Below, piece after piece: positions 1 to 9,958 of a DNA stretch of 64,000 nt (position 1 is its first letter; each line of letters opens with the position of its first letter). Location: contig CAWEXU010000005.1 of NCBI GenBank assembly GCA_963813075.1, positions 1-64,000 on the forward strand, in the 5' to 3' direction. Below the pieces are notes generated by a model. The model saw only the letters and a list, made by a program, of their open reading frames with translations. It did no database searches and was not told the origin of the DNA. Source of the stretch: Methanotrichaceae archaeon (lineage in GTDB: Archaea > Halobacteriota > Methanosarcinia > Methanotrichales > Methanotrichaceae). Made by a program: the position numbers and the translations under genes.

Positions 1-133
1 CTTTTGTTATTTGACCATTTGTCAATCATGGACCAATCCTCCTTCTCCTGCTGGCCTTGACCGGGCCATGACAAAAATCCGAATAAGAGTATGATGCTAT
101 TGCTATTTGGAGATTGCCATCTCTATTGGCCGC

Positions 134-729
134 TCAATCCTTGCAGCGAAGCCGGGGCAGGAACATGGGCACCCTCAGCCGATATTCCTCGTATGCCTTT
201 CCGAACTTTTCTTTCAGGGATCGCTCCTCATGGAGGGCACCGAGATAAAAGTAGAATGTGGCCATGATATTGAAGGTCAGAAGATTCATGGTCATGATCG
301 GGCTGGTCCAGAGGAAGAGAATGGCAAACAGGAAGAGTGGGTTTCTCAGGTGGCAGTAAAGGCCACCGGTCACTAAAGCTCGCTCCCGGCCCGAACGGGG
401 CCGCCCCTCCAGCCCCAGGAAATCCAGAACGCCAGTCTGGAAAAGGGTAACAAGCAGCATGGCAGCCGCCAGGAGCTGGGAGGCGGCCATCAGCCCAAAA
501 GCCGGCCAGGGAGCGATGTAGATGACCTCATCCGGAAGATAGAGGAGGATAAAGATGAATGGCAGCAGCATAATCAGGGCCAACAGATTGAAGGCCAGCC
601 TCTCCCAGCGGTCAAAGATGCTGCCCATTCTCTTCTAGCCCATCTCTTGAACCGGGGATCGGCCAGGAGGCTATGAACAGAGGCAAAAACCAGAAAGTAC
701 GCCGCCATGGCCAATGCACCAGATCCCAT
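134..729 (-). CDS. Isoprenylcysteine carboxyl methyltransferase/NnrU-like membrane methyltransferase (one frameshift near 630)
   Basis: ORF 134..628 has LVTGGLYCHLRNPLF and HEERSLKEKFGKAYEEYRLRVPMFLP motifs; the upstream frame from ATG 729 reads MGSGALAMAAYFLVFASVHSLLADPRFKRWARR, a typical N-terminus for this family. Confidence 0.7.
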
Positions 730-764
730 ATCTGCTCGAACTCCGGAAGGATCTCTTCAGCCCC

Positions 765-1256
765 TCATTTCAGGGGGAGGTAGAATAAGACATCCTCATC
801 GGGAATGCAGGCCACGGAGAGGCCCCGCCTCTGCAAAAGCACAGAGACCGCCTCCATCAGCTCCAGGATGCATTGGTTATGCCTTTCCACGCATATACCT
901 TTGAAGTCCTCAAAGCCTCCGGTGACCAGGTCCTCACCGAACTCCATCTGGGGGAGGTTCACCTCCAGCTCCGTCAGCTCCTCAAGACACAGGCCGCTAT
1001 TCGTGGCCACCTGATCCAGCATCGCCATATACTGATCGTAATCCATGGCATAGACCACTCCCCGCACCCGGCTGGATTGGTCCTCCTTCGACCGGGCCAT
1101 ATAGAGGGGCAAGCCCGATATGTCTATCTCCTCAGGTGGCTTGCCGATTGCGATCTCTTCTGCCGCCCTCTGCATCACCCTGAGGACGTCATCCAGGCCC
1201 TCCAGAACCTTAGAGGCTACGGTTTCCAGCATATCCTTGCCATTAGCGGTAGTCAT
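765..1256 (-). CDS. Hypothetical protein
   Basis: 163-aa ORF with acidic, protein-like composition, same strand as the downstream gene; no motif recognised. Confidence 0.6.
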   Translation of the reverse strand: MTTANGKDMLETVASKVLEGLDDVLRVMQRAAEEIAIGKPPEEIDISGLPLYMARSKEDQSSRVRGVVYAMDYDQYMAMLDQVATNSGLCLEELTELEVNLPQMEFGEDLVTGGFEDFKGICVERHNQCILELMEAVSVLLQRRGLSVACIPDEDVLFYLPLK

Positions 1257-1368
1257 TTGGCCCTCTCCGTCCAGCTCCGCCGGGATCTGGCCCTCGCCCA
1301 GGAACCCGGGCGGGAATCGTCCGGCAGATCCTCGTCAAAGCGCTGCCCACGGCGTCATTAGTATCTAG

Positions 1369-1560
1369 GAGCTAATAGAATTTACGTTTAATATCATCCC
1401 CGCCAGCAATGCCTATGATCTGGTGCTGCTCTCGGAGTTCAGCAGCCTCGAGGAGCTGGTAAGCTATCAGAAGCATCCGGAGCATGTCAGGGTGGCGGAG
1501 GTGGCGGGCCAGTTCTGCGAGTCCAGGATCGTGGTGGACTATGTCTCGGATGATAAATAA
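1369..1560 (+). pseudogene. C-terminal fragment of a Dabb (stress-responsive A/B barrel) family protein
   Basis: Manual translation ELIEFTFNIIPASNAYDLVLLSEFSSLEELVSYQKHPEHVRVAEVAGQFCESRIVVDYVSDDK* has the YxxHPxH and VVDY motifs; in-frame TAG at 1366-1368 and no start codon before the domain. Confidence 0.65.
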
Positions 1561-1639
1561 TATGGATTAAATGTGTCTATATAGATGAAATGTGCCTGGA
1601 AATTTTCGCCCATACGGATCTGGCTCATTTCCTGCCAAT

Positions 1640-4179
1640 TTAATCCTTCAGCCCTCTGAGAAAGTGGCCGTGGGTAATTCCTCCCAGGGCCAGGGGCTGA
1701 ATCCTCTCCTTCAAATCCAGCAGCCCTTCCTTTAAAGGCTCGGGATCAGTGGCCAATAGCTTTTCGGTCAGCTCTATCGCCTGATTATAGGCATCCGTCA
1801 CCTGTCGAGCATAGCTTTCCGTCCGCCCTCTGGCGTCCAGGGATACCCCGTCCAGTCCCATCCGGCCGATCTCGGGCAAGAGGTCGATCAGGCAGGTCTC
1901 GGCGGAGTTGAAGATATGGGTCCTGCCCTCGTCATCCACCTTCAGGGGAAAGATGTGCTTGAAATCCTGCAGGCCCCAGAACTCCTCCGAAGATCTTCCT
2001 TTGGCCAGTTGGGGGATGGAGTCCTCGGCCACCATCACTTCCAGGCTGCCCTGGACGACTAGCTCCAGCTTCGGGGTGCCGTCCCGGCCGGGCAGAGCCC
2101 GGAGGGCGGAGGCGGCATCCTTTAACTGGCGACTGGATAGCTCCGGGGAGAGGGTGAGCCAGCAGAACTGGGGTGCAAGGGCCTGGGCGGTCAGGTGGTT
2201 CCATACGTTCAGCCCCGATCCGCCATAAATCGGCAATTCGGGCATCTTCTCTTTGATCGCCCAGGCAGGGCCGACGTTCTCCACCATGATCCCGTTCAGC
2301 TGCACCTCGGAGAGCAGAGGCAGGGCAAGGTCAATGAAGTCATCCCGAGTGATCCGTGGCCACTTCCAGATCAGCTCTGCCTTGCTGCATAGCTCTTTCG
2401 CCTCCTGCAGTTGGGCCAGAATCGTCTCTTTTCTTTCCCTATCTCTTCGACCAACGCCCGTTTGTGGCTCGAAGTATATCCGGCAGGATCCCCCCTCCAC
2501 CGCTCCCTTCAGATATATCCAGGCGGTCGGCATAGACGGACAATGTGGGAGTGCTCCATTCCTCCCCGGACCTGCCCGCCGGAAGCTCAAGCATCAAGAG
2601 GCGATCTTTCGCCTCTCGTATCCGGTCAGATGCCGGTCCGGCGGCCCTCCAGCACTGCCTTCTCCAGCCCGGCCAGAAGATCGCGGCGCAGCTGGTTTAA
2701 GGCCCCTGGTGGGGAGAAGAGCCCTCCCGGATAGTCCATCTCCACCTTTCTGACCACAAAAGGAGTGCCTCCGGTCTTTCTCATCTGGGACTCTATCTGC
2801 TCACATGTCAGGGGCCTATTTTTGGCCTCCTCCATCCCGGATTCCCCCCGGACCGCTGCCACTTCGCCGCCATCCAGCCGGCCTTCGGCAACTGGAATTC
2901 CGTCCTCCCAGGTGAGGCGGATGTCCACGGGAATAGATGCCCTCTCCTGAGCGGCGATCTGTTCAGCCCTCCGGGCCAGGGCAGAGCTGCCGGTGAGAAA
3001 TACTCTGGCCCCAGGACGGACTCTATCCGGGGTCCTCAGTCGTACCAGGCCGTCCTTTTCGATGGCCTTCTGCACCACCAGACCCATCTCCTGGCCGGGA
3101 GACTGGAATTACCAGGCCGTCCCCTTTTTCTGGCACCAGCGTAGCTGCAGAGGCGGACCGCGGCCTCCCCTCTCTGGGGGTCATAGGAGGCCACGCTGCC
3201 GATGAGGAGCCCCTGATTGTCCGACATCCCTCTGCCCATGACATCCTTGGCCCCCAGCAGGTGACCTTCTGTGAAGTCGCGGTTGAAGGCCAGGGCCAGG
3301 TCCCTCTCCTCCTCTGGGGAAGGCGACCAGCTGCCGCGGGCGATGGCATCCAGTGCCCTCCGGTAGATGCTGGTGACGATGGCCACATACTGGGGGGACT
3401 TCATCCGTCCCTCGATCTTCAGGGACTGTACCGGCGAGCGGACTATCTTATCCAGATGCCGGTAGACGGAAAGGTCGCGAGTGGATATGATATAGCTCTC
3501 CTTTTGGGCGACGGCCTCTAGGCCCGCTGGCCGGCCGTATTCGTCCTTTTTGCCGTGCATCAGGACATACGGTTTCCTGCAGGGCTGGGCGCACATCCCC
3601 CGGTTACCACTGCGCCCGCCGATGGCCGAGGAGAGGAGGCACTGGCCGGAGTAAGAGTAGCACAGTGCTCCATGAATGAACACCTCCAGGCCCATGTCCG
3701 CCTTTCCCGGTCTCCGGCCCCCATCTTTTGATCTCCTCTATGGTGACCTCTCTGGCCAGGACGACCCTATTGAAGCCCGCCTGGGCAGCATACAGAGCTC
3801 CAGGAAGATTATGGATGGTCATCTGGGTGGAGGCATGCCTCTCCAGAGCGGGAACAAGCTGGCGGGCCAGGGAGGCTGCTCCCAGGTCCTGCATCAGGAC
3901 GGCATCTGCACCCAGCTCGTACAGCCGGACGAGGTACTCTGCCAGATCAAGCAGCTCATCCTCCCTGATCAGGGTGTTGACGGTAACGTAGACTTTAACC
4001 CCCCGGAGGTGGGCATAGTCTATGGCTTCCGCCAGGTCAGCGTGGTCGAAGTTTGCGGCGAACTTTCTTGCTCCGAATCTTTTGCCGCTCAGGTACACCG
4101 CATCCGCACCTGCTGCTATGGCCGAGTGCAGGGCCTCTGGCGAGCCGGCGGGGGCGAGAAGTTCAGGCAGTCTTATCAA
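1640..4179 (-). CDS. Long-form peptidase U32 family protein (RlhA-like RNA hydroxylase), split over four ORFs by three frameshifts
   Basis: PELLAPAGS...GADAVY N-terminus, HASTQMT, Cys cluster HGALCYSYSGQCLLSSAIGGRSGNRGMCAQPCR, SLKIEGRMKS; ORFs 3604..4179, 3036..3695, 2626..3087 and 1640..2590 are successive parts. Confidence 0.85.
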
Positions 4180-4346
4180 TGTCAGTCAGCATGTCTGTTA
4201 TTTCCTGGGTTGATAAGCCCTCTCCTTACCGGAAAGTGTGGAGCCTCAATGATCATTTCGATATTATTTGCTTTGCCCAAAGAGGACGAAGTCGTAGGCG
4301 GGTTATTTATCTGATGAGCTACATTTATATTGTTCTGGTGGATGTG

Positions 4347-5369
4347 ATGAATCATTCCAGTGCAATAATAGTCTTGATAGCCCTTTTATTCCTCTCCACC
4401 AGCGGGGAGGCATTGAGGACTTTTTCTGGCGATACGATATCAATAGTCGATCCGGTAGAGGATGATATCTTTGCCGCAGGAAACATAGTGAATATCAACG
4501 CACCAGTCGATTCGGCAGTGGTGGCTGCAGGCACCGTGAACGTCAACGCGCCAGTAAAGGGAGACGTCATCGCTGCCGGCGGCCAGGTCAATGTGAACTC
4601 AGACGTGGGCGGAAAGGTGGTGGCAGCCGGGGGGACGGTCAATTTGGGAGGAGATGTCGGCACCAATCTGGTGGCCGCCGGAGGCCAGGTGAGCATCCTT
4701 CCGGGCAGGACGGTGGGCAGGGATGCCCTGATCAGCGGCGGCAATGCGGTGAACTCCGGCCGGATCAATGGCACACTGACCGTTTATGCCGGCAGCTTCA
4801 ACAACACCGGCTCGGCAGGCAAGGTCGACTTCTATCAGACGGAGAAGGCAGAGGATAAAGCCCCGCCCAGGGAAGACAAATGGGGTGGTTTTATTTTCAG
4901 CCTGATAAGCATCATCGGATACCTCATCTTAGGGCTGATCCTGGTGAAATATCTTCCTAGCCTCTTCCGGACGGTGGACGAGGAGATTCGCACCTCCACC
5001 CTGCTTCGGACCATCCTGGGATTCATCATCATCATCGCCTCGTTCATCGCTCTCCTGATGGTGGCCTTTACTGTGGTGGGCCTGCCGATAGCAATGATAT
5101 CCATGCTCCTGATGATCGTCGCCCTGATGACGAGCGGGACATTCGTCGCCTATAGCCTGGGCCGGTGGATCTGCCAGCAGGGCAAGCTGAAACAGGGGGA
5201 TCTGGTGTGCTTCGTTATTGGATTTGTGATTCTCAATCTCCTCTTTCTGATCCCCTATCTGGGTGGCCTGGTGGGCATGATATCCATGAGCCTGGGATTC
5301 GCTGCCCTCCTATATGCCGCCAGGCGCCTCATTCTGGCAAGCGGCAGCAAGATAGCGGTATTGGAATAG
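4347..5369 (+). CDS. Secreted/membrane protein with bactofilin-like (polymer-forming cytoskeletal) beta-helix repeats and C-terminal TM helices
   Basis: Signal peptide from ATG 4347; about 15-aa repeats of type GDVIAAGGQVNVNSDV; several hydrophobic helices at the C-terminus. Confidence 0.8.
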   Translation: MNHSSAIIVLIALLFLSTSGEALRTFSGDTISIVDPVEDDIFAAGNIVNINAPVDSAVVAAGTVNVNAPVKGDVIAAGGQVNVNSDVGGKVVAAGGTVNLGGDVGTNLVAAGGQVSILPGRTVGRDALISGGNAVNSGRINGTLTVYAGSFNNTGSAGKVDFYQTEKAEDKAPPREDKWGGFIFSLISIIGYLILGLILVKYLPSLFRTVDEEIRTSTLLRTILGFIIIIASFIALLMVAFTVVGLPIAMISMLLMIVALMTSGTFVAYSLGRWICQQGKLKQGDLVCFVIGFVILNLLFLIPYLGGLVGMISMSLGFAALLYAARRLILASGSKIAVLE

Positions 5370-5448
5370 AAAAGGAAAAGAGAACGAGAAAGGATAAACC
5401 TTTTTTTCTGGCGACTTTGGCCCAGCCAGAAATATTATTTTTTTTTTT

Positions 5449-6186
5449 TCAATCCCGATCCAGGCCCTCCCGGCCATGACCTATCCTCCAGCGGATCCTC
5501 TTTATGATCCCGAGAAGCGCGCGGGCTTCCCTCTCCGTCAGCTCCGCCCGGCCGAAGATGCGGCGCAGCATCAGCAGGGCAAAATCCACCTTATGCTCGG
5601 GATATGCGATCTCTCTGAGCAGATCTCCTTCCCTCTCATGCAGCAGATTCAGCGTCTCTTTTCCGGCCATCTGGACACTGGCCGGGCTATTGCTTCCGTT
5701 ACGGGAGAGCTCATAGAACAGCACCGCTGCAGAGTGGGAGAGGTTCATCACCGGGTAGTTCTCCGAGGTGGGAATGGAGACGATCATATCGCATCGGGAG
5801 AGCTCATTGCTGTTCAGGCCGCAGTCCTCTCTCCCCAGGAGCAGGGCTACCGTCCCCTCCTTATCCTGGAGCTTTGCCCCAAGCTCCGCCGGGGTCAGGC
5901 AGGGCACCCGCAGGTGCAGACGCAGGTGGTGCTGCTCGTGCTCCAACCTCTTGCCGGTGGTGCCCACCACCAGGTTTGCCCCCTCCAGGGCCTCGTCCAG
6001 AGTTGAGAAGTTGCGTGACATCTGCAGGACGTCCCGGGCATGGGAGGCCATGGCACAGCCATAGTCCTCGATCTTGCAGGGGTTGACCAGGGCCAGGTCA
6101 TGAAAGCCGAAGTTCTTCATCGCCCGCGCTACCGAACCCACGTTGCCCTCGTAGAGGGGCTCGACCAGAACCACCCTCAGATTCAT
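5449..6186 (-). CDS. trmJ: SPOUT tRNA methyltransferase, TrmJ/LasT family
   Basis: VVLVEPLYEGNVGSVARAMKNFG, LLGREDCGL, IPTSENYPVMNLSHS motifs. Confidence 0.88.
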   Translation of the reverse strand: MNLRVVLVEPLYEGNVGSVARAMKNFGFHDLALVNPCKIEDYGCAMASHARDVLQMSRNFSTLDEALEGANLVVGTTGKRLEHEQHHLRLHLRVPCLTPAELGAKLQDKEGTVALLLGREDCGLNSNELSRCDMIVSIPTSENYPVMNLSHSAAVLFYELSRNGSNSPASVQMAGKETLNLLHEREGDLLREIAYPEHKVDFALLMLRRIFGRAELTEREARALLGIIKRIRWRIGHGREGLDRD

Positions 6187-6191
6187 TGCCG

Positions 6192-7616
6192 CTATCCCTT
6201 GGAGACTCCCAGGGGAACCAGTTTGGCCACCCTGGTGGCTATGCCCAGGTTGTGCACCACGTCCACCACGTCGCCTGAGGGCTTGTAGACCTGGGGAGCC
6301 TCCTCGGCCAGCATTCCGGGGGAGGTGGACCGGACGGCGATTCCGTCCCGGCTCAGGGCGGCCTTCACCTCTTTGCCTGTGAACTGCCTCAGGGCCTGGC
6401 TTCGGCTCATCACCCGGCCTGAGCCGTGGCAGGCGGAGCCGAAGGTCAGTTCCAGCGCTCTATCCTGGCCGCAGAGGACATATGAGGGCGTTCCCATGCT
6501 CCCTGGTATCAGCACCGGCTGGCCCAGGCCTTCATAGGATGCGGGGATCTCCGACCTGGAGGGGCCGAAGGCGCGGGTGGCCCCCTTGCGGTGCACATAG
6601 AGCCTCTCCTTCTTGCCCTCCACCCGGTGCTCCTCGATCTTGGCCACGTTGTGGGCCACATCATAGAGCAGCTGCAGCTGGGAGCCGGGGAAGTAGCGGT
6701 CGAAGACCTCTCTGGTCCAGTGGGCGATGATATGGCGGTTGGCCCAGGCGTAGTTGGCAGCGCAGACCATGGCCCCGAAGTAGTGCTCCGCCTCGGGAGT
6801 GCCCAGAGGGGCGCAGGCCAGCTGTTTATCAGGGATGTCGATATTGTACTTTCTCACCGCTTTGGAGAGGACGTCCAGGTGATCGGTGCAGATCTGGTGG
6901 CCCGCCCCCCGGGAGCCGCAGTGGATCATCACAGTGATCTGGCCCTTGAAAAGGCCGAACCTTTTGGCCACCTCCGGGTCGTAGATCTCCTCGACCCTCT
7001 GAATCTCCAGGAAGTGGTTGCCGCTGCCCAGGGTCCCCAGCTGGGCGCGGCCCCGTTTCCTCGCTTTGACCCCCACCTGGGAGGGGTCTGCTCCGGGCAT
7101 GGAGCCATTCTCCTCGCAGTGGTCCAGGTCCGCCTCCACTCCATAGCCCTCCTCCACCGCCCACTCCGCACCCCGGAGGAAGGACTCGGTCAGCTGCTGG
7201 TCTGTGGCATGCAGTCTGCCCGTGGAGCCCAGGCCCGAGGGCACCGCCTGAAAGAGGCCGTCAAGGAGGGTGTTGATGAGCGGCTGCACGTCGCTGGCCA
7301 GCAGGTCCGAGCGGAGGAGGCGCACCCCGCAGTTGATGTCAAAGCCCACCCCGCCCGGGCTGATGATGCCACCGTGCTCCCGGAAGGCAGCCACTCCTCC
7401 GATGGGAAAGCCGTAGCCCAGGTGGGCATCGGGCATGGCCATGGAGTGTCCAACGATTCCGGGAAGGGTGGCGACATTGGCCACCTGGTCGATCGTCCCC
7501 GGCTCGACCATATCCCGCAGGATGGAGGAGACGAATATCCTGCCCGGAACCCGCATCCCCGGCCGGTAGCCGATGGGCACCTCGTAGATGTTATCATCGA
7601 TCTTCTCAATTTCCAT
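6192..7616 (-). CDS. rtcB: tRNA-splicing/RNA repair ligase RtcB
   Basis: MPDAHLGYGFPIGGV, GFDINCGVR, GTLGSGNHFLE, HNVAK, HRKGAT, SACHGSGR motifs. Confidence 0.97.
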   Translation of the reverse strand: MEIEKIDDNIYEVPIGYRPGMRVPGRIFVSSILRDMVEPGTIDQVANVATLPGIVGHSMAMPDAHLGYGFPIGGVAAFREHGGIISPGGVGFDINCGVRLLRSDLLASDVQPLINTLLDGLFQAVPSGLGSTGRLHATDQQLTESFLRGAEWAVEEGYGVEADLDHCEENGSMPGADPSQVGVKARKRGRAQLGTLGSGNHFLEIQRVEEIYDPEVAKRFGLFKGQITVMIHCGSRGAGHQICTDHLDVLSKAVRKYNIDIPDKQLACAPLGTPEAEHYFGAMVCAANYAWANRHIIAHWTREVFDRYFPGSQLQLLYDVAHNVAKIEEHRVEGKKERLYVHRKGATRAFGPSRSEIPASYEGLGQPVLIPGSMGTPSYVLCGQDRALELTFGSACHGSGRVMSRSQALRQFTGKEVKAALSRDGIAVRSTSPGMLAEEAPQVYKPSGDVVDVVHNLGIATRVAKLVPLGVSKG

Positions 7617-7633
7617 ATCTCACACGTCCACAA

Positions 7634-7705
7634 TCATCACACATAGAGCATCATCACACATAGAACCATAAATCGAGTCATCAGACATAGAATCTTCAGA
7701 CATCA
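7634..7705. repeat. Three copies of TCATCA(C/G)ACATAGA plus a degenerate fourth copy over the archease stop codon
   Basis: Copies at 7634-7647, 7651-7664, 7678-7691; partial TCTTCAGACATCA at 7693-7705. Confidence 0.85.
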
Positions 7706-8127
7706 AGCACCACCTGAATGCACCACCGCTCGTTCTTCTCGATGGCGAACTTATGCCTGGTGACCGCTTTCACCTCGGCCAGGAACGAGTGCCTCTCCGG
7801 GTCCATCCTCTCCCCGCCGATCTCCGCCCGCAGCTTCCATCCCCTGCCATCTTCGAGCTCTTCCAGCGCCACCTGGAAGCGGGAGAAGACCGCAGACTCG
7901 GTCTCGAAGAGAAAGACGATCTCTGAGAGCCACTGGTAGGCCAGGTCCTCCAGATCCTCCGCCTCAAGCTCCACCGGCCAGAACTCCTTTTCCGTCACCT
8001 GCTCGGCGGGGATCATGGCACCAAATAGGGCGGCGGCGGCATTGGAGAGCATCTGGTCTGGAGTCGTGCCATAGGCGCGGAACTTGACATCTGCGGTATG
8101 CTCCAGATACTCGAATGGAATCATCAT
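7696..8127 (-). CDS. Archease (RtcB activator)
   Basis: FEYLEHTADV N-terminal motif, EVKAVTRH, C-terminal LDV; directly upstream of rtcB. Confidence 0.95.
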   Translation of the reverse strand: MMIPFEYLEHTADVKFRAYGTTPDQMLSNAAAALFGAMIPAEQVTEKEFWPVELEAEDLEDLAYQWLSEIVFLFETESAVFSRFQVALEELEDGRGWKLRAEIGGERMDPERHSFLAEVKAVTRHKFAIEKNERWCIQVVLDV

Positions 8128-8150
8128 ATATTAGTGGGAGCCGCAAGGCA

Positions 8151-9158
8151 TTAAAGCATTGCCAGCCCGCGGACCAGGCCGGCGGCAGCGGCCAGCTGCA
8201 GGGCCTGGGCATACTCGCGGGCGGTTATGGAGCGGGAAAGCTCGGGGTAGCGGCAGGCCTGGTACTCCGGTCGGTACTGGGCCATGACATTAAGATAGGT
8301 GTGCACGGATATCTCCTGGGAGATGAAGCGCACCACCTCCTCCGTCCCGGCAGCGCCCGCGGGCAAGACCAGGTGGCGGACCAGAAGCCCCTGCAGGGCG
8401 ATGCCCTCTTCGTCCATTTGCAGGTCGCCCACCTGGCGGTGCATCTCTTTCAGCGCCGCTTTATTGACGGCGGTGTAGCCGGGCGCGGCAGAGTACTTTT
8501 GGGCCGGGCCGTCCTGGCCATACTTGGCATCGGGCATGTAGATATCGATGATGCCATCCAAAAGAAGCAGGGTATCCACCGAGTCGTAGCCGCCGCTGTT
8601 GTAGACCAGAGGGACGGAGAGGCCTCCCTCCGGCGCCAGGACCAGGGCCTCCAGGATCTGGGGGACGACGTGGGTGGGGGTGACGAGGTTGATGTTATGG
8701 CAGCCACAATCCTCTAGGGCGAGCATCATTCTTGCCAGCTCCTCTGGGCTCACCTCCCGGCCGGCGTCCATTTGGCTGATGTCCCAGTTCTGGCAGAAGA
8801 CGCAGGAGAGGTTGCAGCCGGAAAAGAAGATGGTGCCGGAGCCAGAACGACCCACGAGAGGCGGCTCCTCGCCGAAGTGGGGGGCGAAGCTGGCCACCTT
8901 TGCCCGCCGGCCGGTGCGGCAGTAGCCCCGCTCGTCGTTCAGGCGGTCGACCTGGCAGTGGCGGGGGCAGATCTGGCAATACTTGAGGCCGGCCAGTGCC
9001 TCTTGCGCGCGCTTCTCCAAAATTTCCGGGGGCATCTTGTTGTAGCGGGCCATAGGGCACAACAGCATATTTGGAGGCGGATCTTTGATGAGCCTTTCGG
9101 GGGCAATTGTCCTTTTTAGAGCTGCCTTTCCCGGATCGAAAACTATATATTTCGGCAA
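8151..9158 (-). CDS. Radical SAM protein, PflX-like; true start may be downstream (about 9053-9068)
   Basis: CQICPRHC N-terminal Cys motif, HFGEEPPLVG, GCNLSCVFCQN (CxxxCxxC), NINLVTPTH, DIYMPDAKY. Confidence 0.88.
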   Translation of the reverse strand: MPKYIVFDPGKAALKRTIAPERLIKDPPPNMLLCPMARYNKMPPEILEKRAQEALAGLKYCQICPRHCQVDRLNDERGYCRTGRRAKVASFAPHFGEEPPLVGRSGSGTIFFSGCNLSCVFCQNWDISQMDAGREVSPEELARMMLALEDCGCHNINLVTPTHVVPQILEALVLAPEGGLSVPLVYNSGGYDSVDTLLLLDGIIDIYMPDAKYGQDGPAQKYSAAPGYTAVNKAALKEMHRQVGDLQMDEEGIALQGLLVRHLVLPAGAAGTEEVVRFISQEISVHTYLNVMAQYRPEYQACRYPELSRSITAREYAQALQLAAAAGLVRGLAML

Positions 9159-9407
9159 TTGTCTATATAGTCAAAGGCGAAAGTCGATAGAGTTTTTCTC
9201 CCTCCTTTACCCTTTCGGCTTTCCCCCCTCCTAATCACTTTGCCCTCGTCTACATAGGCCGCCTCGCTGAAATCTCCGTTCTCTTGGTGCAAAATGCGTT
9301 TTGCAGCTGTGATCATCTTATTGCCTTCGTTCAGGACTGGATAGCACAGCCAATACGGCAAAAGAATTATTAACAATACAGCGCATACATATACTAAAGC
9401 TCAGATT

Positions 9408-9917
9408 TTGAATCACGAGATGATTATGATGAATATACACAGGCTGATTGCTTTATCTATATTGCTCGCTTCCCTGGCAGGGATTGGCTATTGCCAGAGC
9501 GAGGACAACGAGACGGCCGGCGTCACTCCCTCTCTGACCGTCGTGGACCAGGACGCCGTGGGCGACAGTATGCTCGCCAATGTCACTGTAGCCGAGGCAA
9601 TTTCAGACGGACCTGGCTGGGTTGTGATACACAACAACCTCTTCGGCCACCCGGGCGGAGTGGTTGGATACACTCATGTCGACAGTGGCAGCAGCAGCAA
9701 CGTCAGCGTCACAATCCACTCCTTCGTGGCAACGGATAGCCTCTTTGCCGTCCTGCATTATGATCGGGGGGAGGCAGGGGTATTCGAGTATCCGGCGATA
9801 GATACAGAGCAGAGAGCAGAGGGACAGATAATGATTAAGCCCTTCCTCGTCTCGACCAGCTGGGATGCAATGCTGATAAACCTCACCCAGATGGCCAAAG
9901 ATGCGGGGACGGAATAA
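9408..9917 (+). CDS. Secreted protein with a DUF7282-like beta-sandwich domain
   Basis: Signal peptide (IALSILLASLAGIGYC); PSLTVVDQ...GPGWVVIH...AVLHYD pattern. Confidence 0.7.
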   Translation: MNHEMIMMNIHRLIALSILLASLAGIGYCQSEDNETAGVTPSLTVVDQDAVGDSMLANVTVAEAISDGPGWVVIHNNLFGHPGGVVGYTHVDSGSSSNVSVTIHSFVATDSLFAVLHYDRGEAGVFEYPAIDTEQRAEGQIMIKPFLVSTSWDAMLINLTQMAKDAGTE

Positions 9918-9958
9918 TTTTTTAGACTTATGGTATACAAACAAAAAGGGGATTTTCG

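Noticed and set aside
1366..1368. Pyrrolysine readthrough of the TAG before the Dabb fragment
   Set aside because: The upstream in-frame sequence is not Dabb-like, and no pyl genes are visible
6591..7646. Long antisense ORFs (e.g. 6591..7646, 21650..22507, 34891..35868)
   Set aside because: Shadow frames of well-supported genes in GC-rich DNA
7634..7705. Mini CRISPR array
   Set aside because: Repeats are 14 nt with 1-13 nt spacers; no cas genes in the window
9143..9376. 77-aa minus-strand ORF upstream of the radical SAM gene
   Set aside because: No motif and uncertain start; cannot be supported as a gene
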